Positions 1-12,650 of a stretch of 64,000 bases of DNA are shown here, piece by piece. Made by a program: the position numbers and the translations under genes. The DNA is taken from assembly GCA_965644495.1 (NCBI GenBank), contig CBFFSA010000018.1, positions 1 to 64,000 on the forward strand, given 5' to 3'. The first letter of the stretch is position 1. Every line of letters starts with the position of its first letter. This DNA comes from Perkinsela sp. CCAP 1560/9. Its lineage: Eukaryota > Protista > Euglenozoa: Kinetoplastea. A model generated the notes under the pieces. That model made no database searches, was not told where the DNA came from, and saw only the letters and a program-made list of their open reading frames with translations.

Positions 1-141
1 CAAATTTGAAGATGTAGGCCCACCACCAGAGGAAAACGCTGTTGTTCAGGTAGATGATACCGGAGGAGGAACTTACCGTTTCATTGAGTCAGAGCCAGGT
101 AAGTACATTTCAACTGTCCCATTTGGCGTAAAAAAAGGGGT

Positions 142-1270
142 AAACACTCACTGCTTGCGTAAGATGCAATACATGTGTAGTAGCGAAGGCCCCGGCGTCG
201 TTAGTGGGAAGCAATTTGCGAAGCCCATGTGTCCAAATGTGCTGCTGATGTTCAGCAGCACGTTGGTCACAGCCCCATGTGTTTCAAAATGAAAGCCGAA
301 GGGGTGGTATGGCGAGGGCCCGCGTGAGCGGGCCTGGGCCATACGCGGCGTCGTTAGTGGGAAGGAATTTGCGAAGCCCCGTTTGACAACAACCCCCGCT
401 TTTTAACGAAGCAGCTAGCACACCGACATGAGCAAGGACATTGGTCCACCTGTGTACATTGTACCAGCACTTCGCGCAGCCAATGGCCACCTCCAAAGGT
501 GCTCTGAATTCAGAGCACAGAGTGCAAACTGACATTCCGATGGCACGCTTAGTTTTACAGAAATTGTCGAACATGACACATCGAAAGATGGAAGTTTCAA
601 TCGAAATGGCAACTGCCTTTTGTCTCGGCCAACCCTCCGAGTACATGAGCCATAGCTTCACATGGATCAATATGAACCGTGTAATGAAGTTCCTGGCAAA
701 CATCTCAAGACTCTGATATAGAGTTCGACAACGGTATCGTAGAGGCCCATCTAATGATCACCGAAAATGATTGTGCAGTTCTTCTCCTATGCAGGAATTG
801 TCAGCGTAAAGAAGTAAAGAGCTGAACTAGCTCAAGAAGAGCCAGATCCGGCTCAAGCCTCCAACACGGCCGATTAAAAATGATACCATTTGGCCAGTGT
901 TTGATGAACGGTCTTTGATTGTGCTTCTGCGCAATAACCAGGGCCCGACACAAGACACTAAATGGGGATACATCACCGTTCCATAAAATGAAACACTCAC
1001 TGCTTGCGTAAGATGCAATACATGTGTAGTAGCGAAGGCCCCGGCGTCGTTAGTGGGAAGCAATTTGCGAAGCCCCGTTTGACAACAACCACCGCTTTTT
1101 AACAAAGCAGCTAGCACACCGACATGAGCAAGGACATTGGTCCACCTGTGTACATTGTGCCAGCACTTCGCGCAGCCAATGACCACCTTCAAAGGCGATC
1201 TGAATTCAGAGCACAGAGTGCTTAGTTTTACAGAAATTGTCGAACATGACACATCGAAAGATGGAAGTTT
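142..1270 (+). pseudogene. Scrambled Helitron Rep C-terminal fragments
   Basis: 142-705 is an inverted copy of ~6475-7035. 850-1270 repeats FKPPTRPIKNDTIWPV and ARLVLQKLSNMTHRKMEV segments, with deletions and stops. Confidence 0.8.
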
Positions 1271-1288
1271 TAATAATATAATATAATA

Positions 1289-1790
1289 ATTTCTTTTTTA
1301 GGCTCTTCGTTAAACGCGGTGGTTGCTTTCAACTTAGAAGTCACTCATGCTGCGCTCTTCGCGTTGAAAACTACCGCCGCGTTTAACGAAGAGCCTAAAA
1401 AAGAAAATTGGCCAGGGACGCGGAAGAAAACGGAAGGATTGTAGCCAAAAATAGCCGATGTTTTGGTAAAAATGGGGTGATTTTTGTATATAGAGCACTA
1501 AAGTCGAGAATGCGACTCCACCCACACGATTCGTACGACTCAAAAAGACCTCTTGGTGTCCAAAAATTACTTTTTCGCATTTTTTGATCAAAAATGGGAC
1601 ATTTTGGGAGGCGTACCCCCCCCCCTATAGACCCCCCAGTTTTTTCAATTTTTGTTTTCAATTTTGGACCACCGGATCCCCCTTTTATATTTTTTTCCTT
1701 TACCGCGTTTAACGAAGAGCTTAGAAAAGAAATATTTGACAGGAGAGTAAAAGACCAGAGGGATAATTCTGGATTTGGTCCAAAAAGAGC
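1289..1790. repeat. Partial copy of Helitron2-like terminal repeat family with ~120-bp imperfect palindrome
   Basis: tttcttttttaggctcttcgttaaacgcggtgg...ccgccgcgtttaacgaagagcctaaaaaagaaa; same family as 52264-53170. Confidence 0.85.
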
Positions 1791-2403
1791 CGATAGTTGG
1801 GCAAAAATAGGGTTGTTTTTGCATATTTCCGCTCACATGTGTTTTCCTTCGGTTCGCACGATTTTGAACGAAGCAGGGTGGAGACCTCTTTTTTTGAAAG
1901 GCCCTTGAATTCACCCCGGCTTTTGAAGGGGGGGGGATTTACCTCGTGGGTTTACTTCTTCGTTTTGATTCATTTGGTTTACGCCAGGGGTGCAGTTAAT
2001 GCCATGTCGGAACGCTTTTCTGACAGTACGTTGGATATGCACTAATTCAGTCATCAAAAGCATATTTGTTGAATGATCAGGCTAAAAATAGAAGAAGTGA
2101 TGACTGCAAATGTAGATCTGCTATGTAAATGTAAACATTTTTTTAACAAATTTAGTTTCAATTGTATTTATTTGATTTTAGAAAATGCGAAGTTACAAAT
2201 ACTTACAGAGGGTTTCCGAGACACAAAGTAAAACCACAGAAAAACTTTGATGCGATGAATCGTAAGAAAAAACGGTGCTGTGGACGAATTTAAGCCGAAA
2301 ATTTCTCGAAAGAAAAGTGTTTTATTTCCTTCTCCAACCTTCGAATCATGAATTCAAAATTTTAAACCAACTTTCACTTCCAAACGTCTTCTTACACACT
2401 TAT

Positions 2404-2745
2404 TCAGAAATTTAAGTATCTGTTTCTCTTCTTTTTCCCTTTGAAGTAAACGCTCGATGCGCGCTTCGCTTCTTCCGTAGTGCTAAAACACACGTGCGCC
2501 AGTCCTTTTTTTGATACGATTGTTATGCAATCGATTTCACCATACGAAGCGTAATGCTTGGTAAGGTCTTCTTTAGTCGTAGAGGAGGGAAGGTATTCTA
2601 TTGTGATTGAGCACTCGTCACGCTCTTCGCGCGCAGAGCGCAAAACGTGTAGAGATTCTAAGTAATCATCTCTTTTGCGCTTTGTATCTCTTTTCTTGTC
2701 GGAAATGTCGTTGCCATTGGTTGATTGATTCTCCGCCGAGGCCAT
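2404..2745 (-). CDS. Small RRM-domain protein (Helitron cargo), 113 aa
   Basis: RNP2-like ITIEYLP, TTKEDL...YGEI, RNP1-like KGLAHVCF, plus basic NLS-like stretches. Start taken at MASAENQ. Confidence 0.7.
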   Translation of the reverse strand: MASAENQSTNGNDISDKKRDTKRKRDDYLESLHVLRSAREERDECSITIEYLPSSTTKEDLTKHYASYGEIDCITIVSKKGLAHVCFSTTEEAKRASSVYFKGKKKRNRYLNF

Positions 2746-2829
2746 AGTAACTTCAAAGAAAGTTTTTAAAAAAATCAAGCTGAGTCTAGAAACATTCAAC
2801 TTAAAAAGCAATACATGAACGTAGAAGTC

Positions 2830-3030
2830 TTGTTTTTGAAGGGCCTGCCCGGAGGGCCCTTCGAGAGGGTGCAGACCCGCTGCCGCGGGGGGTGCTTTAC
2901 CTCGTGACATGTAATTTTGAAGGAAACAAGCTTCTGATATCTTTTTTTGAAGGGCCCGCCCGGAGCGCCCTTCGAGAGGGTACAGGCCCGCTGCCGCGGT
3001 GGGTGCTTTTGAAGCAAACAAGCTTCTGAA
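2830..3030. repeat. Two tandem ~110-bp GC-rich units
   Basis: ttttgaagggcc(t/c)gcccggag(g/c)gcccttcgagagggt...gctgccgcgg occurs twice and is mirrored at ~33120-33310. Confidence 0.75.
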
Positions 3031-3237
3031 ATTTCGATAAAAAAAATTGAAAGCAATTTTGACGGAGCGTAATTCTGCAGCCATGATGGGGACATTTTTT
3101 TTTGGTAGAGGGCGCGTGAGCGTTGGGGTCACTCGCACTTCTTCTGCCGAAGCTGAAGACGCCGGGCTTGTGACCGGTATCAAGCGTGCTTCCCCCCTAG
3201 AGAGGTCTTCCTAAGAAGATCGTTTCAATCTAATTTC

Positions 3238-5406
3238 TTAGAATTGATAAGTCAAATCGGTAAGCCGATTTGCTTTTTCCATGGCCGGAAATTTAGGCCT
3301 ATGGTAACCTGAAGTCAGGTGTGTTCCTGGGCGATCTGTGCCCATGCCAGGGAGCACTCGAATATCATCGAGGCATTGTGCCCTGGATATTGCTACTGTG
3401 AGCTTGGCGAGTTCCGGTCTCTTGGACCACGCCTTATCATTCAAGTCAAGAATAACACCTTTCTTCACGGTGATACCTTGTACTTTGTGATACGTATAGG
3501 CAAATCCCAATTCCACTTGAAAGTTTCCTTAGGAAGCCTTATCATGGTGCTGCGCCTTTTTGGCGTAAAATTCTACACCTGACCCCTTCTCAATGCATTG
3601 CATAAAAGAAGGGGCTTTTCGTAGATAACGAACACCATCAATAGTGTCGTATGACAAATCGTCTGACACAAGGTCTCTCATTTCAATCACTGTCCCATTC
3701 GCAATTTTCATTGTATAAGGAGCAATGTTCTCGGTGATTACACCGGGTGCTCCTTTTACAAATACAGAAAATGCTTCAGGGTGTGTGTCAATGAGTTTAC
3801 CTTGGACGTTATCGCCTGTCCATGCGAACAATGGGCAATTGTGACGTCTGGCAAAATTTCTTGCGATTGCGACATTAATCTTGTGCCGTTCAATATTTGT
3901 TCCAACAATGACAATTGCATTGCGGAACTTTTCTTGGTCCTCAGAGGTAAGAGGTTTTACCAATTGGATGAACTTCTTCAACCCCTCATTGGGAGCTTTT
4001 CGAAGAAGACGCAAGATATCTGAAAATACAGTATCTTGTCGTGCTCGCATTTGCTGTTTGAGTTCAAACACATACGAGACTTGAAAAATATTCTCAAAAA
4101 TGGGATTATTACCAGGAGAGCTATCTTCTATGGTAAGAGACGCTCCTTGTACTGGTATCAGCTGATAAAAATCTCCAACAAAGAGCATGTTGATGCCTCC
4201 ATAGGGAAGCTGCTCATTTCCTTTGATTTGCTGCAGTCTAGTGTTGATACAGGCAAGGAAACACTTGCTGATCATTGACACTTCGTCGACTATGATTAAT
4301 CGACATTTCTCATACCTTTGTTGGTATGGTAGAAGGCTACTGCTTGAAAGATGTTTCAAATTTCTTGCAGTAGCCCCTATCGGTATGCAGAGGGAAGCGT
4401 GTATTGTGCAACAGTGCAGTACTGATGCGGCGATCCCAGTGGGCGCCATTGCAATACATTGGCTTCCCAGTTCTTGCATTATGAAACGGGAAACTAGACT
4501 TTTCCCGGTTCCGGGGCCACCGAGCAGAAACATACATTTCCGCTCGGGGTCTAGTTTCCCGTTTAGTAAATCTTCAATTTGATTTACGCACTGTTTCTGT
4601 GCTTGGTTCAGTTCAATGGAATTGTTGTCTTCGCGCAATATGTAGCTGCGATCGAACGTAATCTCTTCGTATTGATTACTGCGAGCCAGTGGACGATCCT
4701 CATTAAAATGAGCTCTGTCCACCGGTGCACTTGGCTCAGATTGAGCCGAAGTTACAAATCGTTCGTTTTGGATCATTTCAGCATAGCGCTCTCCCGCATT
4801 TATGACTGTCATTGTCGATGCAAGATCAACATTTTCTTCAGAGGAGTTCTCAGTAGAACCTCCTAACGCGGCCGTTAAAGCTCGCGTTTGTAGTTCGCAG
4901 TATGCATTCTGCTGAACCAATCGCTCTTCATTAACCACTGCAGTGTTCTGCTGTGCTTCAAGAGCATCTTGAAGATGAGGTTCAACCTCTCGCACTTCAA
5001 GCTCATTTTCGTACGCAATGTTGCGTGCTAATCTTGCTTCTTCCAGAGTGCAAGCATCTTTGCGTCGATACAAATTTGCCGCGTTCTCAGTATTCTTCGA
5101 AGCATTTTCAAACCCTTCTAGGGTCATTTCATGGCTCGGTGAGCCTTTCGTCCATGGGGAAAACAATACCACCATGTGTTTCGCTACTCGAAGCTGGCTT
5201 CGAGCTCGTGCCCCAGGTTCTTTTGAAGAACTCAATATGGGAAAACCTGGTATAGCTGGCGCAGTGTGCAAAGAGCGCAACTGTTGTTCAACAATATAAA
5301 GGCTCAAATTCCGGGAGGCCTTCAATGTCCTCAAAGGCGTATCTCCCATTAGCACGACGTCCGCGACGACGTCTTCGATTTGTCCCGCACTCAAAATCTG
5401 AATCAT
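3238..5406 (-). pseudogene. Helitron PIF1-family SF1B helicase with one in-frame TAA
   Basis: Walker A GGPGTGKS, Ia APTGIAA, TIHASL, Walker B IIVDEVSM, GDFYQLIPV, QQMRA. After the stop at 3529-3531 the same frame continues with LGFAYTYHKVQGITV and LTVAISRA. Confidence 0.92.
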
Positions 5407-5747
5407 GATCCGGCTCTTCTTGAGCTAGTTCAGCTCTTTACTTATTTACGCTGACAATGCCTGCATAGGAGAAGAACTGCACAATCATGTTCGGTGATCA
5501 TTAGAGGGGCCTCTACGATACCGTTGTCGAACTCAGAGACTTGTGACGAATCATCGTCACTGATTTCTAGTTCTGTGTGATCTGACTTTTTTGAAAAACA
5601 TCAGCAGCACATTTGGACACATGTTCCCTGAAATAATCATCCTTTTCATCAAGAATGATATGTAGTCCTCCGCGATACATCTTTGAGTAGTCGAGCGTTG
5701 TAGGGCCGTAAAGCTCCTTACTGATCCTTTGCGCCCACTCGGGCAGA

Positions 5748-6692
5748 TCAGCGAGCATCGTCGTACCCAAAGACTTCGCGAGACCATCGTGCTCCTTCAC
5801 AATGTTCTCTGTACACAACGTTCTCTGTATTCTTCGAAGCATGTAAAAGCCGAAGAAAGTTGCACATTATGTCATACTTTCCAGGCGTATTTATTTTCGC
5901 TTCATTGAGAAGCTTTTCAAACCCTTCTAGGGTCATTTCATGGCTCGGTGAGCCTTTCGTCCATGGGGAAAACAATGCCACCATGTGTTTCGCTACTCGA
6001 AGATGGCTTCGAGCTCGTGCCCCAGGTTCTTTTGAAGAACTCAATATGGGAAAAACTGGTATAGCTGGCACAGTGTGCAAAGAGCGCACCTGTTGCTCAA
6101 CAATATCTCCAGGCTCAAATTCCGGGAGGCCTTCAATTTCCTCAAAGGCGTATCTCCCATTAGCACGACGTCCGCGACGACGTCTTCGATTTGTCCCTGA
6201 CTCAAAATCTGAATCATGATCGGGCTCTTCTTGAGCTAGTTCAGCTCTTTTCTTCTTTACGCTGACAATGCCTGCATAGGAATACAGGTCAAGGTCTTGA
6301 AGATCTTCGCCCCTGTGCATGTAACGCACATGGAGTGGTGCAATAACTGCACAATCATGTTCGGTGATCATTAGAGGAGCCTCTAAGATACCGTTGTCGA
6401 ACTCCATATCAGAGTCTTGTGACGAATCATCGTCACTGATTTCTAGATCTCTGTGATCTGACTCACTTGAGATATTTGCCAGGAACTTCATTACACGGTC
6501 CATATTGATCCATGTGAAGCTATGGCTCATGTACTCGGAGGGTTGGCCGAGACAAAAGGCAGTTGCCATTTCGATTGAAACTTCCATCTTTCGATGTGTC
6601 ATGTTCGACAATTTCTGTAAAACTAAGCGTGCCATCGGAATGTCAGTTTGCACTCTGTGCTCTGAATTCAGAGCACCTTTGGAGGTGGCCAT
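5748..6692 (-). pseudogene. Helitron Rep-helicase linker region
   Basis: MEVSIEMATAFCLGQP...SHSF, YMHRGEDLQDLDLYSY and LFSPW are typical Helitron2 linker motifs. Confidence 0.75.
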
Positions 6693-7032
6693 TGGCTACG
6701 CGAAGTGCTGGTACAATGTACACAGGTGGACCAATGTCCTTGCTCATGTCGGTGTGCTAGCTGCTTCGTTAAAAAGCGGGGGTTGTTGTCAAACGGGGCT
6801 TCGCAAATTCCTTCCCACTAACGACGCCGCGTATGGCCCAGGCCCGCTCACGCGGGCCCTCGCCATACCACCCCTTCGGCTTTCATTTTGAAACACATGG
6901 GTCTGTGACCAACGTGCTGCTGAACATCAGCAGCACATTTGGACACATGGGCTTCGCAAATTGCTTCCCACTAACGACGCCGGGGCCTTCGCTACTACAC
7001 ATGTATTGCATCTTACGCAAGCAGTGAGTGTT

Positions 7033-8115
7033 TCATTTTATGGAACGGAATTTTATGGATCCCCAATTAGTGTCTTGTGTCGGGCCCTGGTTATTGCGCA
7101 GAAGCACAATCAGAGACCGTTCATCAAGTACTGGCCAAATGGTGTCATTTTTAATCGGCCGTGTTGGAGGCTTGAACCGGAATTCCGGTTGTCCAGATTC
7201 ATCCATCTGAACCTCAACTTCTCGAACTTCCGTTTCATTTTCATGAAGTACGGATGGAATGCCATATCGGCATTTGTTCTTGTTTATATTTACATTCATT
7301 TTGAAACACATGGGTCTGTGACCAACGTGCTTCTGAACATCAGCAGCACATTTGGACACATGTTCCCTGAAATAATCATCCTTTTCATCAGGAATAATAT
7401 GTAGTCCTCCGCGATACATCTTTGAGTAGTCTAGCGTTGCGGGGCCGTAAAGCTCCTTACTGATCCTTTGCGCCCACTCGGGCAGATCAGCGAGCATCGT
7501 CGTACCCAAAGACTTCGCGAGACCATCGTGCTCCTTCACAATGTGAATTAATTCGGAGACGTAATGTGGACTCAGATTCGTCCATAGTACACTATGAAAG
7601 TGTAGAGCATCTCTTTTTTGGCATTCTACAACACCAAAAAATGCTCGATGGCGACCAAAGAGGCCTTCAAGAACGTCACATTCTTTCTTTACCTCATCTA
7701 CGTTCGACATTCCGTACAATTCGGTAAGAAGAGTACGGATTTGCCGTTTGAAAATTCTAGTGGATCTGACAGGATACCATGGCACAAGCTCAGACCGCTT
7801 GAGAAGGTTGGCCCGCATTTCCTGCATTTTCTCGCTCTCATCATTCGTAAAGATTCTTAAATCTAGAACGTTATCGTTCATGTTTGGACTCACTGTGATC
7901 CAGTAAGTTGGCAGTCCGCATCGCCTGTATAAGTCGTAGATCTGACTTTGTGATGCCTTTCGCTTTGCTGGCGAAAAGGGTATCGTTTTTGCGCATACTT
8001 GCACAAATGGCAGAAACTTTGTTTCCAGAAGTTTCGCCTCGGAACTGTTTGGGTTCCTTATAGCCTGTTGTACAATGTGATGGAAAGCATCAGCATTGCA
8101 AAAATTCACGAACAT
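7033..8115 (-). pseudogene. Helitron HUH Rep domain, copy 1
   Basis: Motif 1 PTYWITVSPN and motif 2 VVECQKRDALHFHSVLW (HUH), then QKHVGH...C and CRYGIP. Confidence 0.9.
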
Positions 8116-9224
8116 CTGTGCGTATCTTTGTTATACTTCAGATTTTGCACTACTGCTGATGAGACTGCACGGCGCCGAAGCACATCGTAGCAGTAAAATA
8201 TGAATCCAGCATTCTTTGCAAATCGGGAATCCGATTGCTCTAGAATTTCCTTGATTTCATATAGTTCAAACGTTGAACCCTTAAAAGGGTACTTTTGCAT
8301 CAGCGTCGGAAATGCTCCGAGCAAGATGTTTTCCATGTCGGTATACTCATTGAGTAAACCTTCTTTTTGTTTCAGTTGCATCGCCACGGCATGCGTAATT
8401 TGCGCACCCGCCGGCGCATTGCTTACAGGGCTGTGATCAGTTACAAAAGATCATGTGATCTCACCGCGAGGATCGCGATGTAACGTATCGGAAGCCACTG
8501 CTTGGGTGACCATACTGTTTATGGCGTTTTCACCTTCCTGGGAAACAGATCTATCCCAAAGATGTGAGACAACGTCTCTACAATGTTGCTCGGTAACAAC
8601 GTTGATCTTTCCTTCCTCTTTCAGTTGAGCATACACGTGGTTATGCTCACAGAGGAAGTGTACCCAGGTGTTCGGAGTCTCTGATTTCACCCCGAATATG
8701 CCACTCAGATGTGCAGAACATAGTCTTTGACTACGTTTCGTTCTCCGTTCGTTGGCTATCCAAACAATTTGGATGTTCTTAATCGCGCCCTCGAGATCAG
8801 GAACTCTTTCGAGTTGCAAGAGCTCAAGGGTTTCGCGTGCTGTAGCCGTCGCATATCCAGTGAATTTCGTGTCCGGCCTTAAGGATGCGGCATATGCGCC
8901 ACCTTTCCTATATACACTGATGATTGTGCAGTGTAAAAACACCTTTTGAAGAAGGATCTCTTCTACCAGCGTGGGTACTGGAAGGTGATTTGTAGAAGGT
9001 TGTTCTACTGGACCGCGTGGAATTCTCCCTTTTTTGTCCATTATTCTTTGATCCCTTGCACAAAGTTGCGCTTCGGGATTCGGAATGTCACTTTCGAGAA
9101 GAATAACTTTACAAGAATCACAACTTGTATCACAACTTGCGATACGTTGATCGTCGTTCATTCTCTTTTTGTACCTTTTCATGCACTCTTCTTGAGCTTC
9201 CGTACTGACTGAAAAATCTTCCAA
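8106..9224 (-). pseudogene. Helitron N-terminal DUF6570-like / Helitron_like_N region, copy 1
   Basis: LPVPTLVEEILLQKV, LNEY...LLGAFPTL, DSRFAKNAGFIFY. Broken by a TGA where the 29.4-kb copy has CGA. Confidence 0.75.
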
Positions 9225-9611
9225 AGGAAGACGATCAATGTAGGAAGTCTCATAGAAGTATTTGAGTGCGTCTTTTGGATTGCGCTCAATGTCAAAACGT
9301 GTTCGACGTGAGCCATCTCCATTGACTTCGTATGTGTCAAAATTGACAATACGTTTCGCGATGCAACATCGTTCAAGCCAGCACCGAAGTTCATTGGCTG
9401 AAGATTCTTTTCATATTTCGTTTGTGTGAAAGATGGTATTTTCACACATCTAGCATATGCTGCACTGTCAATAGTGCTAGCATTCGTCACATTCGTGACA
9501 GTTGCAGGAGAAAAAAACGCACCTTTAGGACCACTCGAGCGCCCCCTCTTTTTTTTGCAAAGCGATTTGCAAACCCCAATTTTCCAGAGGGAACATGTTT
9601 TGACTATGTAA

Positions 9612-9792
9612 CCCAGGTCGAAGGGGACGAGGGCGATACCAATAGTGTAGGTGCGACAGTTTCCCACAGGAAATACGGTATCTCCCTTATGGCATGAAGG
9701 CAAGGCTCCGAAAAAGGTGGAGATGCCGTTTTTCCCGAGGGAAACTGCCGCACTTGCACTATTGGTATCTCCCTCGTCCCCTTCAACCTGGG
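9612..9792. mobile_element. MITE with ~65-bp TIRs (CCCAGG...CCTGGG)
   Basis: cccaggtcgaaggggacgagggcgataccaatagtg... pairs with ...cactattggtatctccctcgtccccttcaacctggg. Absent from the sister Helitron copy. Confidence 0.75.
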
Positions 9793-10850
9793 TCACGTTC
9801 TGTCCGTTTCGGCCAATCACGGTCTTGCGTGATAGTGTAGGCTATGGCTCCAAGGGTGAGCTCAACTTCATCGTTTCCTACTAAAGGAACTGGCGTAGTA
9901 GCCATGCTTCCAATATTGTAGACTGTTCGAATTGCCGCTATCTGTGTTTCCATAGAAGATGTGCAATTGTATGTGAACACTCGTCGTTTAGTCAGACATA
10001 CCATGGCGAGAGTATCGCCATTGCCTTTGACGTAAACGACGTTATGTCCATCATGATATCTCTGAATAGAGCATCTTTTATCTCCATCGTTTTGGAGGAT
10101 TTCATCACAAACAATGTGTGAATTGATGAGAATATTCTCAATCAGTTGAAAAGATGTGAGCGTTAGCGTGGAGCATTGCTTCACACGTTCCAGCTCATCA
10201 TCCTGTGATATTGCATGAACTCTGTTACGCTCAGCTTGTGTGATTCGAAGTCGGAAAGCCCGAGCTTCAGTATGCCGCGGATGACGGTAAAAATGCTTTT
10301 GAAGCCCCTTAAACGTGAACATTTGTTCGGTAGCGCACAAAGTGCACTTGAACTTGTTCTGTTCGCAGGGGAGGGCAAATTCGATCCAGTCGACTTTTGT
10401 TTGAACATAACGTGTATGCTCGCTTGATAACAAATGGTATTCATCTGCTGGGATAATACCCGTTGTTCCCCGAATCTGTGCGAAATACGCACATACTTCG
10501 CACACAGGAACATTCGTATCAGTCGGGGGCACCTGTGAAGGGTGTCCCATACTGAGTATGTGTCGCATCATAGATTTGACACTTTGCTTACGTATGGCGT
10601 GGGGTGCACATACATACATTCAGCACGATCCAATGGAGAAACTTACGTGAAGCTCCCGTTTAGGATGCAGATACGCCATTTCCCGATGTTTCAGAGAATT
10701 CGCGTGAGTCGTATCCACCATTACTGGCGGAAATTCTTGCAAGATAGCAAAGTAATTACAAGGAATGCATAAATGCATTCCTTGGCAATGTTGTGTTACA
10801 TGCTTGGTCATAGCCTCTTTTTCAAGAGGTGTTTCGGAACACCCAGGCAG
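9793..10850 (-). pseudogene. Helitron N-terminal zinc-finger region, divergent variant
   Basis: CIPCNYF, CEVCAYF and FKCTLC...LQKHFYRH; interrupted by a stop. Confidence 0.7.
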
Positions 10851-10883
10851 TCTTCCTTCTTCTTCTTTTTCTTCTTCTTCTTC

Positions 10884-12310
10884 AAAGCTAGACTTTTCCC
10901 GGTTCCGGGGCCACCGAGCAGAAACATACATTTCCGCTCGGGGTCTAGTTTTCCGTTAAATCTTCAATTTGATTTACGCACTGTTTCTGTGCTTGATTCA
11001 GTTCAATAGAACTGTTGTCTTCGCGCAATACGTAGCTGCGATCGAACGTAATCTCTTCGTATTGATTACTGCGAGCCATTGGACGATCCTCATTAAAATG
11101 AGCTCTGTCCACCGGTGCACTTGGCTCAGATTGAGCCGAAGTTGCAAGTCGTTCGTTTTGAATCATTTCAGCATAGCGCTCTCCCGAATTTATGACTGAA
11201 ATATTGGACCTCGTCCTTGTCATTGCCGATGCAAGATCAACATTTCCTTCAGAGGAGTTCTCAGTAGAACCTCCTAACGCGGCCGTTAAAGTTCGCATTT
11301 GTAGTTCGTAGTGTGCATTCTGCTGAACCAATCGCTCTTCATTGACCACTGCAGTGTTCTGCTGTGCTTCAAGAGCATCTTGAAGATGGGGTTCAACCCC
11401 ATCTTCAAGCTCATTCTCGCACTTCAAGCTCATTTTCGTACGCAATGTTGCGTGCTAATCTTGTTTCTTCCAGAGTGCAAGCACCTTTGCGTCGAAACAA
11501 ATTTGCCGCGTTCTCTGTATTCTTCGAAGCATTTTCAAACCCTTCTAGGGTCATTTCATGGCTCGGTGAGCCTTCCTTCCATGGGGAAAGCAATACCACC
11601 ATGTGTTTCGCTACTCGAAGCTGGCTTCGAGCTCGTGCCCCAGGTTCTTTTGAAGAACTCAATATGGGAAAAACTGGTATAGCTGGCACAGTGTGCAAAG
11701 AGCGCACCTGTTGCTCAACAATATCTCCAGGCTCAAATTCCGGGAGGCCTTCAATTTCCTCAAAGGCGTATCTCCCATTAGCACGACGTCCGCGACGACG
11801 TCTTCGATTTGTCCCTGACTCAAAATCTGAATCATGATCGGGCTCTTCTTGAGCTAGTTCAGCTCTTTTCTTCTTTACGCTGACAATGCCTGCATAGGAA
11901 TACAGGTCAAGGTCTTGAAGATCTTCGCCCCTGTGCATGTAACGCACATGGAGTGGTGCAATAACTGCACAATCATGTTCGGTGATCATTAGAGGAGCCT
12001 CTAAGATACCGTTGTCGAACTCCATATCAGAGTCTTGTGACGAATCATCGTCACTGATTTCTAGATCTCTGTGATCTGACTCACTTGAGATATTTGCCAG
12101 GAACTTCATTACACGGTCCATATTGATCCATGTGAAGCTATGGCTCATGTACTCGGAGGGTTGGCCGAGACAAAAGACAGTTGCCATTTCGATTGAAACT
12201 TCCATCTTTCGATGTGTCATGTTCGACAATTTCTGTAAAACTAAGCGTGCCATCGGAATGTCAGTTTGCACTCTGTGCTCTGAATTCAGAGCACCTTTGG
12301 AGGTGGCCAT
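10884..12310 (-). pseudogene. Helitron linker plus helicase N-terminus, truncated just after Walker A
   Basis: Matches 4490-5290 and 5914-6692; ends at a (TTC)n tract. Confidence 0.8.
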
Positions 12311-12650
12311 TGGCTACGCGAAGTGCTGGTACAATGTACACAGGTGGACCAATGTCCTTGCTCATGTCGGTGTGCTAGCTGCTTCGTTAAAAAGCGGGGG
12401 TTGTTGTCAAACGGGGCTTCGCAAATTCCTTCCCACTAACGACGCCGCGTATGGCCCAGGCCCGCTCACGCGGGCCCTCGCCATACCACCCCTTCGGCTT
12501 TCATTTTGAAACACATGGGTCTGTGACCAACGTGCTGCTGAACATCAGCAGCACATTTGGACACATGGGCTTCGCAAATTGCTTCCCACTAACGACGCCG
12601 GGGCCTTCGCTACTACACATGTATTGCATCTTACGCAAGCAGTGAGTGTT

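Noticed and set aside
2746-3183. N-terminal 146 aa of the 259-aa ORF (and its mirror at 32961)
   Set aside because: Non-ATG start running through tandem non-coding repeats; only the RRM part looks coding.
3517-3531. Stop-codon reassignment or readthrough suggested by the shared in-frame TAA
   Set aside because: Long host genes have no internal stops, and other Helitron stops are polymorphic among copies (TGA/CGA, TGA/TGC), which fits decay before duplication.
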